DNA of 28,274 bases from a virus (Duplodnaviria > Heunggongvirae > Uroviricota > Caudoviricetes): the IMG/VR virus record IMGVR_UViG_3300006143_000348. One strand, written 5' to 3'. Of this stretch, positions 1 through 10,100 are shown in pieces. Position 1 is the stretch's first letter, and every line of letters starts with the position of its first letter. Below the pieces are notes generated by a model. The model searched no databases and was not told the DNA's origin. It saw only the letters and a list, made by a program, of their open reading frames with translations. A program made the translations under genes and the position numbers.

Positions 1-2936
1 CCGCTTTTAATGTTCATCAGACACTCATCATTCGGATTCACCGTGAACTCATGCCTCTCGTTCGAAACATGAATCCCATCCTTATTAAATCCCATATTTG
101 ACGAACCGCTATTCAGTGACAGCTCGAAGAAATTATCAACATCATTTGGATTCACTTTAAGCCAATTTGTATTCTCGGAATTTCTAATATCAAGCCCATC
201 TTCGGTAAATTTCATCGTGTTCGCAGCATTATAGATTCCCAGGGTCTGCCCCAGAATCAGCTTGCCTACAAGGACTTCGCCGTTCACACCGTAACCTTCC
301 TTTGCAACACCGTTTTCCGGGTCGTAGTAAATAATCTTGCCCACGGCAGTCTTTGAGGTCTCCCAGTTATCATCGGTAATCGCAAGTGTGGAATTAATGA
401 TTTTCATCTGCTCGTCAGTATACGAATCCGTGACGGCATCATACTTCCTAAACAGCATCCCGTGCGAATCCCAGGTCTGCGTCTGGTTGTCCGCCCCGCC
501 GATAATCTTCGTATTGGTCGCGTCAAGCCCGTTCTCGACCCAGCTATTCAGGAGATTCTTGCTTTCTTCGCCTTTTTCCGCCTGCTTTACGACGGTGCTG
601 TAGGTTGAGGACATAGCCCTGGCCTTGAGAAGCGTCCGCCGTATGTTGCTTGTGCTGTCGGTGGCTTTCATCGCATTCGAGAACTCGATTTGAATGTTGT
701 CTAGGTCAGTGAAATCGATGGTGTAGGAGCGGAGCCTCAGTCGGTAGAGTATTCCGTCAACCCTGATGCGAATCCAGTTCCCGACAGAAAACTTATCAAC
801 AATCGGGGCAAACTCCGGCATCACCAGCAAGTTCCTCAGGGTTGCCGAGATAGAAGGGTGGGGCGTGCTAGCCTCGATGATTCTTCCTTGCACGACATCG
901 AGGAATGTCTGCGCGTTCTTGAACAGCTTGGCGTTATCAAGTCCGTCGGAAACATAGCTGTCGCCCTTGAAGGTTGTCTCGCGGCGGTATGCGATGAATT
1001 CGAGCCACAGGTCTTCGCCGAAGAAACGGGGGAAGTCCAGAATCCTCTGGATACTGTTCTTTACCCTTACAACGAAGGACTGCAGTCCTTCCTGCTTCAC
1101 TTCCCCGTCGGGGCTGTAAACGCCTTCTACGATGGCGAGTTCAGACTCACGCAGCCGGATTTCCTTCTCAAGAGCCATCAGCTTGTTGTAATACGGTTTG
1201 TACAGGGACTCGTACAGGTTTGGGTCTTTGTCTGCCCATGTCTTGTTGTCTGCGATGCCCTGCTCAACCAGGATGTCCAGGCATGACTGGCACGCGTCGT
1301 GGAATGTAACAAGGCTGTCAAGGCAGAACAGCTTTATGCTGTCGGTGAACAATTCCATCCCCATGCTGAAAAGCGGGATGATGCTGTTTGCCAACACCCC
1401 TTCGTCAGAGCCTTTCAGTATCTGTCTCATCTTCTGGCGGCAGAATGTTTCGTAATCGTCATTCAGGGTAATCCGAATCTCAACGGTATCCGCGGTGTCG
1501 ACTTCATCTGAATAGTTGGTTATGGTAAGCACGCCTGTCCATACCTTCCCTTCCAAAACCCCTCGTTTTACCTTTACCTGGTAGCGCGGGTCAACAGACG
1601 TACGGGCACAGGCAGCCACGGCGTTGGATGCGGTGGCGGTTGAGCATGTAGCCAGGTTCTGGACGGCAGTCCCTTCAAGTGAGACGGAGTTAAGGCGGGA
1701 TGCCTGTATTTCTGCGGTTGTATCACCAAACTTTGGGTTAGGCATAAAGGAGCTGCGCAAGAAAAGGGAGAAGTCGATGGCGTCGTAATATGCGTTCATT
1801 AGCTCTGAATATCCGGTAATATTAACCGGGAGCGGATGCAGTTCATCATTGCCATCCTTATCCTTTTTGTATGGCTGGTACTTTTCTACCAGTGCGTTGT
1901 ACGGGTTACGCACGGAGCTGCGGAGTATTGTTATATGCCTGTCCTGGTAGTATTCGTATGTTTTCTCGTATTCCGTGAGCCTTGCAACAAGCTCCTCGGA
2001 CATATCCTTCTTTGCCTCCTCGGAGATACGCCAGATGTACTGGCTTCCGTTTGGGTTGGAGTCTATGACGGCGGCAGTCATGAGTCCGTCGCCGGTTTCG
2101 AGGCGGAAGCAGTTGCTGACGGCATCCACGTCGGTTTTAAGCGTGATGGAGTCCGCGAGGTTCTCCGTGGAGACGTAGATGGTTGTATCTTCCCCGTACC
2201 CAGGACGAACGTGTATGCTTCCGCATTCCGGGCAGTTTCCAATGAAATTCCCACGGTGGCCGCATGTGTCACAGTATGCTTCCAGGTCATATACGCTGAT
2301 GGAGCGGCTGATGGAACCGTCCGGGTTTGAACAGGAATCAATGATGAAGACGCAGTCAAGGTCATCCGATATTTTCTGGAATGCATCGTATATGGATATG
2401 TCGTCAAAAGAGAACGTGCGCTGTTCTTTAGCGAGATGGGCATCCACATGGCGGATGGTGTAGTGCGGGACTTTTTCCATGATTCTGTGGAGCATGGACG
2501 CCTCTGGCATGTCCGGGCGGTAGAGAATTGTAGGGAACTTCTCATCGTAATCAGGGCGGTTGATGTCATCTTCCGTGTTGATTTCGATGTTGTACAGGCT
2601 GGTCTTGGTAAGCTCGGCTTCCCCGATGGAGTAGCAGATTACGTTCTTGACGGTGCTGTATTCGGTCTGTACTTCGATATACATCTCGAACCATAAGTCC
2701 CAGTCCTTGCACCAGCAGAGTTTGAAGTCTGTTATCTTGTCCCATAAGGTGGGGTCGCATTTGTCGCAGTCTTCTTTATATATCTGGAAGACCATCTCGA
2801 AGCGTTCGTTGAAGGTATCCTTGATAGAGATGTTTGCTGCCGGGAGGTAGCTGATTTTATGCCCGCTCCGGGTAGCCAGTACGAGCGTTGGTGGGATTAC
2901 ATGGTGTGAAGCGCTAAAATTAATTTTAACTGCCAT
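1..2936 (-). CDS. Large tail-tip / baseplate hub (Tal-like) protein, 3'-truncated by the window edge (at least 978 aa)
   Basis: Manual translation from ATG at 2936 (SD-like AAAGGA upstream) gives MAVKINFSASHHVIPPTLVLATRSGHKISYLP... and I found no stop to position 1. The ORF track lacks it, presumably because there is no in-window stop. It follows the Dit-like gene and the tape measure, the usual Tal position. The C-terminal part (...YGVNGEVLVGKLILG...) resembles siphophage minor tail proteins. Confidence 0.8.
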   Translation of the reverse strand, partial: MAVKINFSASHHVIPPTLVLATRSGHKISYLPAANISIKDTFNERFEMVFQIYKEDCDKCDPTLWDKITDFKLCWCKDWDLWFEMYIEVQTEYSTVKNVICYSIGEAELTKTSLYNIEINTEDDINRPDYDEKFPTILYRPDMPEASMLHRIMEKVPHYTIRHVDAHLAKEQRTFSFDDISIYDAFQKISDDLDCVFIIDSCSNPDGSISRSISVYDLEAYCDTCGHRGNFIGNCPECGSIHVRPGYGEDTTIYVSTENLADSITLKTDVDAVSNCFRLETGDGLMTAAVIDSNPNGSQYIWRISEEAKKDMSEELVARLTEYEKTYEYYQDRHITILRSSVRNPYNALVEKYQPYKKDKDGNDELHPLPVNITGYSELMNAYYDAIDFSLFLRSSFMPNPKFGDTTAEIQASRLNSVSLEGTAVQNLATCSTATASNAVAACARTSVDPRYQVKVKRGVLEGKVWTGVLTITNYSDEVDTADTVEIRITLNDDYETFCRQKMRQILKGSDEGVLANSIIPLFSMGMELFTDSIKLFCLDSLVTFHDACQSCLDILVEQGIADNKTWADKDPNLYESLYKPYYNKLMALEKEIRLRESELAIVEGVYSPDGEVKQEGLQSFVVRVKNSIQRILDFPRFFGEDLWLEFIAYRRETTFKGDSYVSDGLDNAKLFKNAQTFLDVVQGRIIEASTPHPSISATLRNLLVMPEFAPIVDKFSVGNWIRIRVDGILYRLRLRSYTIDFTDLDNIQIEFSNAMKATDSTSNIRRTLLKARAMSSTYSTVVKQAEKGEESKNLLNSWVENGLDATNTKIIGGADNQTQTWDSHGMLFRKYDAVTDSYTDEQMKIINSTLAITDDNWETSKTAVGKIIYYDPENGVAKEGYGVNGEVLVGKLILGQTLGIYNAANTMKFTEDGLDIRNSENTNWLKVNPNDVDNFFELSLNSGSSNMGFNKDGIHVSNERHEFTVNPNDECLMNIKS

Positions 2937-2963
2937 ATGTATTTTTTTCCTTTCTTTCTTGGT

Positions 2964-3779
2964 CTATGTTGGAGAGTTCTTAACAACAGGCGAATACCAC
3001 ATTTTCAGCCTGCATGGGAGGGATACGGTAATCCGGTTGTCCCTGCCGTTTATCGTGTTTCCGATTCTTAAAAATTCAAAGTTAAAGTCATCTTGGATGC
3101 GGTGGTTGTTCTGTGAAGAGATAATGGTATGCGATACGCCTTCAATGCGTATAGTCTCCCCAACCTGACAGTTCTTCAATGTCATCGTGCATCCTTCAAG
3201 TGCATTATGGATAGAGAGTGTTCCGCCCTGCTTTACCGTGATTTCCATGGAAGGGTAGGAGTACCCGATTTCGTCGGACATATCCCGTAGGATATATGTT
3301 TTCGATGTGTCCTGGATATCCCACGATACGGACAGTTCTTGCCCATCGCCAAAAGGCTTATTTGTTTCCATAGTCAGCTCCAGGCCGTAAAGGACTCTGT
3401 TCACCATAATCTTGCTGATATTAAAGCTTGCTTCGTATGCACAGGTTTCCTGCTCAGTGTCCCATTCGTCGAGCATACGGAACTTCAGGAACTCCCTCCG
3501 GTTCAGCCATCGCATGATATCCGTGTATTCATCGCGGCTAATCTGCAGGTCGTCATATAGTTCCGGGTTCTTGCAGATTTGGAAGGTAGCCTGGATGCAT
3601 TCCTCATAATGTGTTCCGGTCAGGCTAAACCTTTTCCCGAAACTCATGGGCACCGTGTTGAACGTGATTTTGGAGCCTGCGCTCACCACATCCATGTCGG
3701 AAGCGCCTCCGAAGTTGCAGATTACAAACCCGTAATCGCTCAGGTATCTTCCGTCGTATTCAAAATCTAAAGCATACAT
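2964..3779 (-). CDS. Distal tail (Dit)-like protein, 271 aa
   Basis: The N-terminus MYALDFEYDGRYLSDYGFVIC and a beta-rich composition fit the Dit family. It lies between the tape measure and the tail-tip gene, with SD AGGAGG upstream. Confidence 0.7.
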   Translation of the reverse strand: MYALDFEYDGRYLSDYGFVICNFGGASDMDVVSAGSKITFNTVPMSFGKRFSLTGTHYEECIQATFQICKNPELYDDLQISRDEYTDIMRWLNRREFLKFRMLDEWDTEQETCAYEASFNISKIMVNRVLYGLELTMETNKPFGDGQELSVSWDIQDTSKTYILRDMSDEIGYSYPSMEITVKQGGTLSIHNALEGCTMTLKNCQVGETIRIEGVSHTIISSQNNHRIQDDFNFEFLRIGNTINGRDNRITVSLPCRLKMWYSPVVKNSPT

Positions 3780-3794
3780 GCAGCACCTCCTTCC

Positions 3795-4103
3795 TTATTT
3801 CTGTGATTTCAGGCTGCGGATAAGTTCTTTGAACTTGCACGCGTATTCGTTCTTCATGTCCCGTGCTTTGGCTACAGCTTCTCGGTATTGTTCTTTTACC
3901 TGTGTGATTTCTGCGATGCAGCGTTCATATTCCGCACGTACTTCTTCAACGGCCGCCATCCGTTCTTGGTAAGCGGTGATTTTGTCTGACAGCCCTCTGT
4001 TTTCAGTACGCAGGGCAGCGTTTTCATTCTTTAACCTGTCAATCTGGGAACGCAGGGACTTCATGCGGCGTTCCTGCATGTCGATTTTTCTATATAAATC
4101 CAT
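3795..4103 (-). CDS. Coiled-coil hypothetical protein (about 102 aa; start re-assigned to the ATG of MDLYRK)
   Basis: Charged heptad-like sequence. GGAGGAAAGG directly precedes the ATG at 4103, whereas the track start at 4115 is a TTG at the edge of that SD. Confidence 0.7.
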   Translation of the reverse strand: MDLYRKIDMQERRMKSLRSQIDRLKNENAALRTENRGLSDKITAYQERMAAVEEVRAEYERCIAEITQVKEQYREAVAKARDMKNEYACKFKELIRSLKSQK

Positions 4104-4121
4104 CCTTTCCTCCAATCAAAT

Positions 4122-4146
4122 AGGGAGGCACGGAACATGCCTCCCT
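4122..4146 (-). terminator. Hairpin after the tape measure gene (probable intrinsic terminator, weak U-tract)
   Basis: Perfect 9-bp stem AGGGAGGCA/TGCCTCCCT with a 7-nt loop, followed by ATTTGATT, about 10 nt after the TMP stop. Confidence 0.6.
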
Positions 4147-4155
4147 GTAATATTG

Positions 4156-7100
4156 TTACCAGTTGCTGAGTCCTTTTGATAGGCTGGTGTTTCCATCCAC
4201 GCGGTCTGAAGTCATCGAATGAATCATCTTCTCAAACTTCCCATCCCTGCGCATCTGGTTCGCAAAGTCATTGTAGTCAGACACGTGGTCAATAGGGATG
4301 TTTACCTCATAGGTAATATTGCTGGCGGGTGCCTGGGCTGGGCTTGACGGAGCGTCTATTTTTCCAATAGAGCCGATGATGTCGGGTACTGGGTTCTCTG
4401 CGAAGATATTCGTCAGCGGGCTGGTTCCGTCGGCGATACGCTGCAAAGCGTCCTTCAGCTCGATGAAGTTTGCGGTGTCCTTGGAGTTCAGCACAAGCTC
4501 CGGCTCTCCGGGCGTACCGTCAAGCTGCGCAAGCCCGGTGTAATCCACGAGTCCGCCCTTCTTGAACTTGTTGTAGTGGTACGGCGCAAGGGATTTGATT
4601 CCGTGGTATTTACCAGGCCATGTGCCGTTCTGTACATACCCATCCTTGCCCATTTTATTAACGATAGATTTGACGCGGCTGGTGTCAAACCCTTTCGCTT
4701 TCAGCCTTTTCGACTGCGTATCCCCGGTGCCCCATCCGTAGCCTCCGTTCCAGATAGCAAGTGCTACACCGTGGTTCTCTTTTTCAGTGCGTTTCTTTTT
4801 CTTCTCAGTGGAAGAGGGCTTTTTAGGCTTGCTATCGTTTAACGTGGTTGCAGTTGGTATATTGCCGAAGGAACCTAAAATGGGGTGTTTTGTACTTTGC
4901 GTGGTAACTACGGCTGTTATGTTTCCAGAAGAGCTGGAGCCTGAGTTAGAGTTTTTATTAGGGTCATCCTTTTTGTCTTTGCCGGAAGAGCCGGAGCCGT
5001 TCCCGTCAGTGTTGTTTGCGGTATCGCCAGCGGCAGCTAACAGGGCTACGTAGTTAGCGATGCTGTTCAAGACGCTATTGACAGAGGTCAGGGAGCTGCT
5101 GAAGGAATCGCCATATTTCATGATGATAGAGGCGGTGTTTTCACTAGACATCCAGATATTCTGCATGTTTTCGGATAGGGTATACCCAACTTTCTCGCTT
5201 TCAGCAGTGAGTGTAGTGCTGATGGAATCCGCATTTGCGTTGATTCTGTCAATCATGTCTGAGAGCAGCACGTCGGTATTGTCCAGACGCTGGTTTAGAA
5301 CCTCCTCATATTCGGTGTAAAGGCTGTCGAGCAACTTCTTCTGTTCAGTGATGTAGTTCTCGTATTGCGTTTCTTCTAAGTCAGCTTCCGCTTCTTCAAG
5401 GCTGACCTGGAGTCTTTGTATGACTGCACGGTTTTCTTCGGATGTGTCACCAGCGTATGCGGCAAGCTGTTTCCGCAGCTTGGAGATTTCGGATGTCTGG
5501 CTTGACACTTTCTTCTGGTAGTCGTACAGGTCTTTCGCGCTGTCGAGTGCATCCGTGTAGGTGTCAATCAGTTTTTGCAGGGCATCAAGCTCGATGTTGA
5601 TTCCTTCCTCGACCATATCCCGGATGGCTTTTTTCTCTCCGTTGGCAGCAAGGATGGATTCACGCTGGGCTTCAATCAGCTCCTTACGCCTGTCCAGGAG
5701 TTTTGTGTTGTAAGGGTCTTCTGCGATTTCCTTATCCAGCGCCATAATTTCCTTTGCGTACCTGTCGGCTTGAGCCATATACACGTTATAGTTCTGGCCG
5801 TGCATACCCATAGTTGCCATACCGGTGTCTGTGAGCTGCCCGGTATCGTCATATAGCTTGGAGTTTTCCATGAGGCTGATTAGGAATTCAGCTTCTTCGG
5901 CAACCTGCCCTATCTGTTCCTGGAGGTAGTCGAAATGCCCCCATTTGACCTCCCGGATGCTATTTCCGAGCTTGATGATTTCTATCCCGGATTCCTGGAT
6001 GGCTTCTTTGACTGCATTGATTTCCTGCTGCATTTCGTACCATGCCTCGGAACCCTTTTTGATTCTGCCGGAATTTACAGCTTCATTCATTTTCTTGGTC
6101 AGGGAGTCAAGTTCTTTCTCACGGAGCTTAATGTTCTTCCGCTCGACATCCTGAAGCGCTTCATAATATTTTGTGCTGGAGAGGTAGCCGCGTTCCTCGA
6201 TTTCAGAGATATTGTTGTTGTATGTCGTGGTGAGGTGTTCCAGGGTTGAAAGTTTGTTCTCGTAATGCGTTGCCACGTCATTGAACTTGTTCTGGTACAG
6301 CTCAGCCATGCTTTCACGCAGCTCCTGTATAGCGTCCCGGCACTCCATTGCCTTTTCATACCATTTCTGGTAATTCTCTATCTTCTCGGCGGTCTTTTCA
6401 TCGTATTTCGTGATGTCTATTGTGCCTTTGCGGACTTTCTTCTTCAGGTCTCCGGACAGGGAAACTGATTTGGCTTCCTTGCGGTACCGGTGGTATCCTT
6501 TCTTCTGTATGGACAGTTCAGCGGCCATTTTGGACAGCTCTTTGTTCGTTGCAGCCAGCCTTTTAGACAAGCCTTTGAATGGGCTTGTGGCAGTTGTGGC
6601 AAGCCGGTCGATTGCCCGCTCAATCCGGCTTATGGCGATTTCAATCCAGTCAATGATTTTGGAATTGTCCTTCTTATCTTTCTTCTTATCAGATTTTGAA
6701 TCAGAATTCGAAGAGCCCTTGTTGGAGGACGACGCCCCCGGGGAGTGCGTGCCGACGCCGGAGTTCGGCCTGCGTGAACCGCCAGTACCATTTTCATATG
6801 CATTGAGGTTCAGCGTATTGAACGCCGTCCCGTCTGCAAGTGCGCGTTTCCCGTGCCCGCCTCCTGCTGTAACCCGTCCGGATTTTAGGAGTTCCTTTGT
6901 CTGTTCGGCGGAGAAGATGATATCGCCCTTCTTGAGCTGTGCGACGTGTGCGCCGCCAGGGAGCGGATACCACTTTCCGTCACGGACGATGGATTCTGTC
7001 CCCAGCTCATTGACGAGCGCATCCTCATCATCCATCAGAGACCAGTTCTGCCCTGATGCGTATGCATTAACAGGATAGATGTGGTTTTTAGTAGAGCGGA

Positions 7101-10100
7101 AGGCAGTGCCGTCAGCATGGGCTGTTCCGGACACCTCCGCATTCTTGCTTGCTTCGGCCTTTTTTACAGTCTTTTCTACAGTCGTGACAGTTATGGACTT
7201 ATCATTCAGCTTATCCAGATTCTCCTTGATAATTTGAATCTTGGGTGATGCATTATCAACGGCGTCAATGGTGAAGGACTTGTCGTCGACATTGTTGGCA
7301 TTTACTTTGTCTACAGCGCTGTCAGCCTCGGAAGTGTCGGGCGAGAACCCCACAGGGATAGAGATGCTTTCAGGGCTGTCTTTCCATTGGTTTACGATGC
7401 CTTCCACATTGCCTACGTTCTCAGGGCGGATTCCTACTGCGACCTGGACGCTTTGCGGGAGGTTAGCTAATTGCTCCGCAAGGGATGTGATTTCGGACAT
7501 CTGGACATCTACAGAGAAGTAAAGCTCGCTGGAGGCCTGCATCTGTGCAATGATTAAGGAGGCATGGCTCAGGCCGCCGTCTGTAGACATGTTGAGACGG
7601 AAATAGTAGTCCCGCTCACATTTCGCAATTAACTCATCGAGGGCTGCAGCTGCTTTTGGGTCTGTCTCTGCATTAATTTTTATCCGTTCGTTTTTAAGTG
7701 TATTGATGTAGGACTTCAAATCTCCCAGCGGAGCTGTAGATGTATCGAAGGACAAGTCAATGTTTTTCGATACCTTCCCGGATTCCTGAAGGTCTTCGAG
7801 GGCTTCTTTTGCCTTATTAACCTGCCCGGTGAAGTCCAGGTCGCTAAGGTCGATAGCCATGCCGGAGTCAATCAGTGCGCGTTCAAACAGCTCTACAGCT
7901 TCCGTGCTGATGCCGAATGCGTCAGCGACTTCCTGCAGCTTGTCCCCATTGAAATCGAATTCGTATTTCCCATCTTCGTTGAGGTGGGCAAAGGAGTCCC
8001 CAAGTTTCAGGTTGACGTCATCAAGGAAATCAAACAGGCCGTCCGACACAAGGTTATTATCTTCGTCAAACTTCCAGTAGTCCATGATGCTGTGGCTTGT
8101 GCCGTCAATGGTCTGCGTCAGTTTCTCAAAGTCCGCTGCGGCATCCCCTGTCCTCTGTTCGGCAGACAGAAGGAGGTCAAGGTAGGCGTTCAGGGACTCA
8201 TCCCCATACCAGCCCTGCTCCAAGGTTTTCTGCATCTCTTCATAACTGCTTCCGATGCTTTCATAGGAGTCACGTTCTTTCCCACCGGATTTGGCAGTCA
8301 GCCAGGCGTTGTAGGCGGATGCCAGCCCCTCGTACTGGGATTTAAGTAGCTGTGTCTGCATCAGCTCATTTTCCAGCGCAGACGTGTCGCTGCCTTTCTT
8401 GCGCTCATCATAAATCTGTTCTTGCAGGTACTGGATTTTATCTGCGAAATTTTCAAGTTCCTTCGCATCCAGTTCTTTATTCAGCTTCTTGAGTTCATCT
8501 GAGTTCAGGTGTACCCCATTCGCGGTTTCTTCAAACAGGCGGTAAGGGTTATATCCTTCCAGGTCGCCATAAGCCTCCTGAAGCTTCTGGATTTCTTCTG
8601 TTGTCAGCCCTGTTGCGGACTTTGAGTTCGACAGGGCTGACTGCAAAGTTCCCTGCAGGGTCTTGAAGTTCTCGATACGCTGTGCCAGGGCTTGAGTCCC
8701 GGCTGCGGCTCGCGTAGTTTTGTCGTAAATGTCCCCAGTGATAATCCCAAGGTTAAGAAGTGAGCTGACAAGGAAATCCGTTGAGACCCCTGCATTATCG
8801 GCGCATTCGCCCAATTCACTAATGGCGGTGCCAACTTCTGAGGTATCGGGGTTCAGGAGCAATGCCTGGAAGTCGATGTCGTCTAATTTTGCATCTTTTA
8901 TTATCTGGAGGTATCTGGCTATACCTTCTGATGCAAGCACACCGCTTTTCTGGGCTTCATCACCCAAAGCGGCAGCTTCTTCTAATTTACTTTTGAAGTC
9001 AAAGTTTGCAATAGCTTCTGTGTTTAAAGCACCTAAAGCATTTTTGAATTGGGTAGAGAACTTGCCTAAGCCTTCGCTGTCTTCCAGCAGACCCTGGATG
9101 CTATTATCTACGGAAGAAAACTCTTCGGCGGCGGCTGATATTTCGGTGGTGTCGCCCATAGCAAGGGCAGTATTATACCTTTCAATCGCTTTCGTATAGT
9201 CATCCATCCAGTCGGCAGCGGACTGGGCTTTGTTTTTGGCATCAGTGTATATACCCATGTCCCCGGTTACGGCTGCTGCTTTGGATTGTTCGTACAGACC
9301 GCCATCTTCCGCAGTAATTTTGTTTACTTCTTCGAGGCCTTCCTTGACGGAATCGAAAATAGGCTTGAGAAATGGGGTGTCCTCAATCTCCCCAGGAATT
9401 TGGCGCAATTCCGTCATTAAGTCATTTAATGCATTTTCAGCCTGCGTGGCATCTGCGTTGAGGTAGAGGTATAACCCTCCGTCTGTCCCGTCTACCGTGG
9501 TAATCACGTCGCCATATTTATCTTTGATTTTCTGGATAGCTGCCTGGATGGAGTCTGAACCTTCAGCTTCCTTATAGAAAAAGCCGATAGGATACTCCCG
9601 GACTTCTTCCATCCTTCTGGTAGCTTCATCAATCCCCTCCTGGTTTTCATTCAGGAATTTGTTTGCTTTCTCTTGGTTGATTTGATTAAGTAACCCTATC
9701 TGTTCCTGCAAAGAGCCGTTTACAAGGTCGATGCCTTCTACTTGTCGCCCATACGACTCAGAGAGTTTCTCCTGGATAGACAGCAGTTCAGATTTGGCGT
9801 TATATGCTTCTTCCTCTGATAAAGTTCCAGAAGCAAGCTGTGCCCGTAATTCTGAGATTCTGTCCGTGTAAGACTGGATGGAATTGCTAGATTCTTCCCA
9901 AGCCTTCCCAGCTTCTTTTGCTGCATCTACCTTTTGCTGGAATTCTTTGTTTTGCTTATTCTGTATTAAGAAAAAGGCAGCAAGTGCGGCGCTGACACCA
10001 GCAATTATTAAAGCTAATGGTGAAAATGCGGAAGCGAAGGCCTTTGCCCCGGCCGCCAACCTTCCTAACATACCAGCCCCGTTTGCTCCGGCTCTGGACA

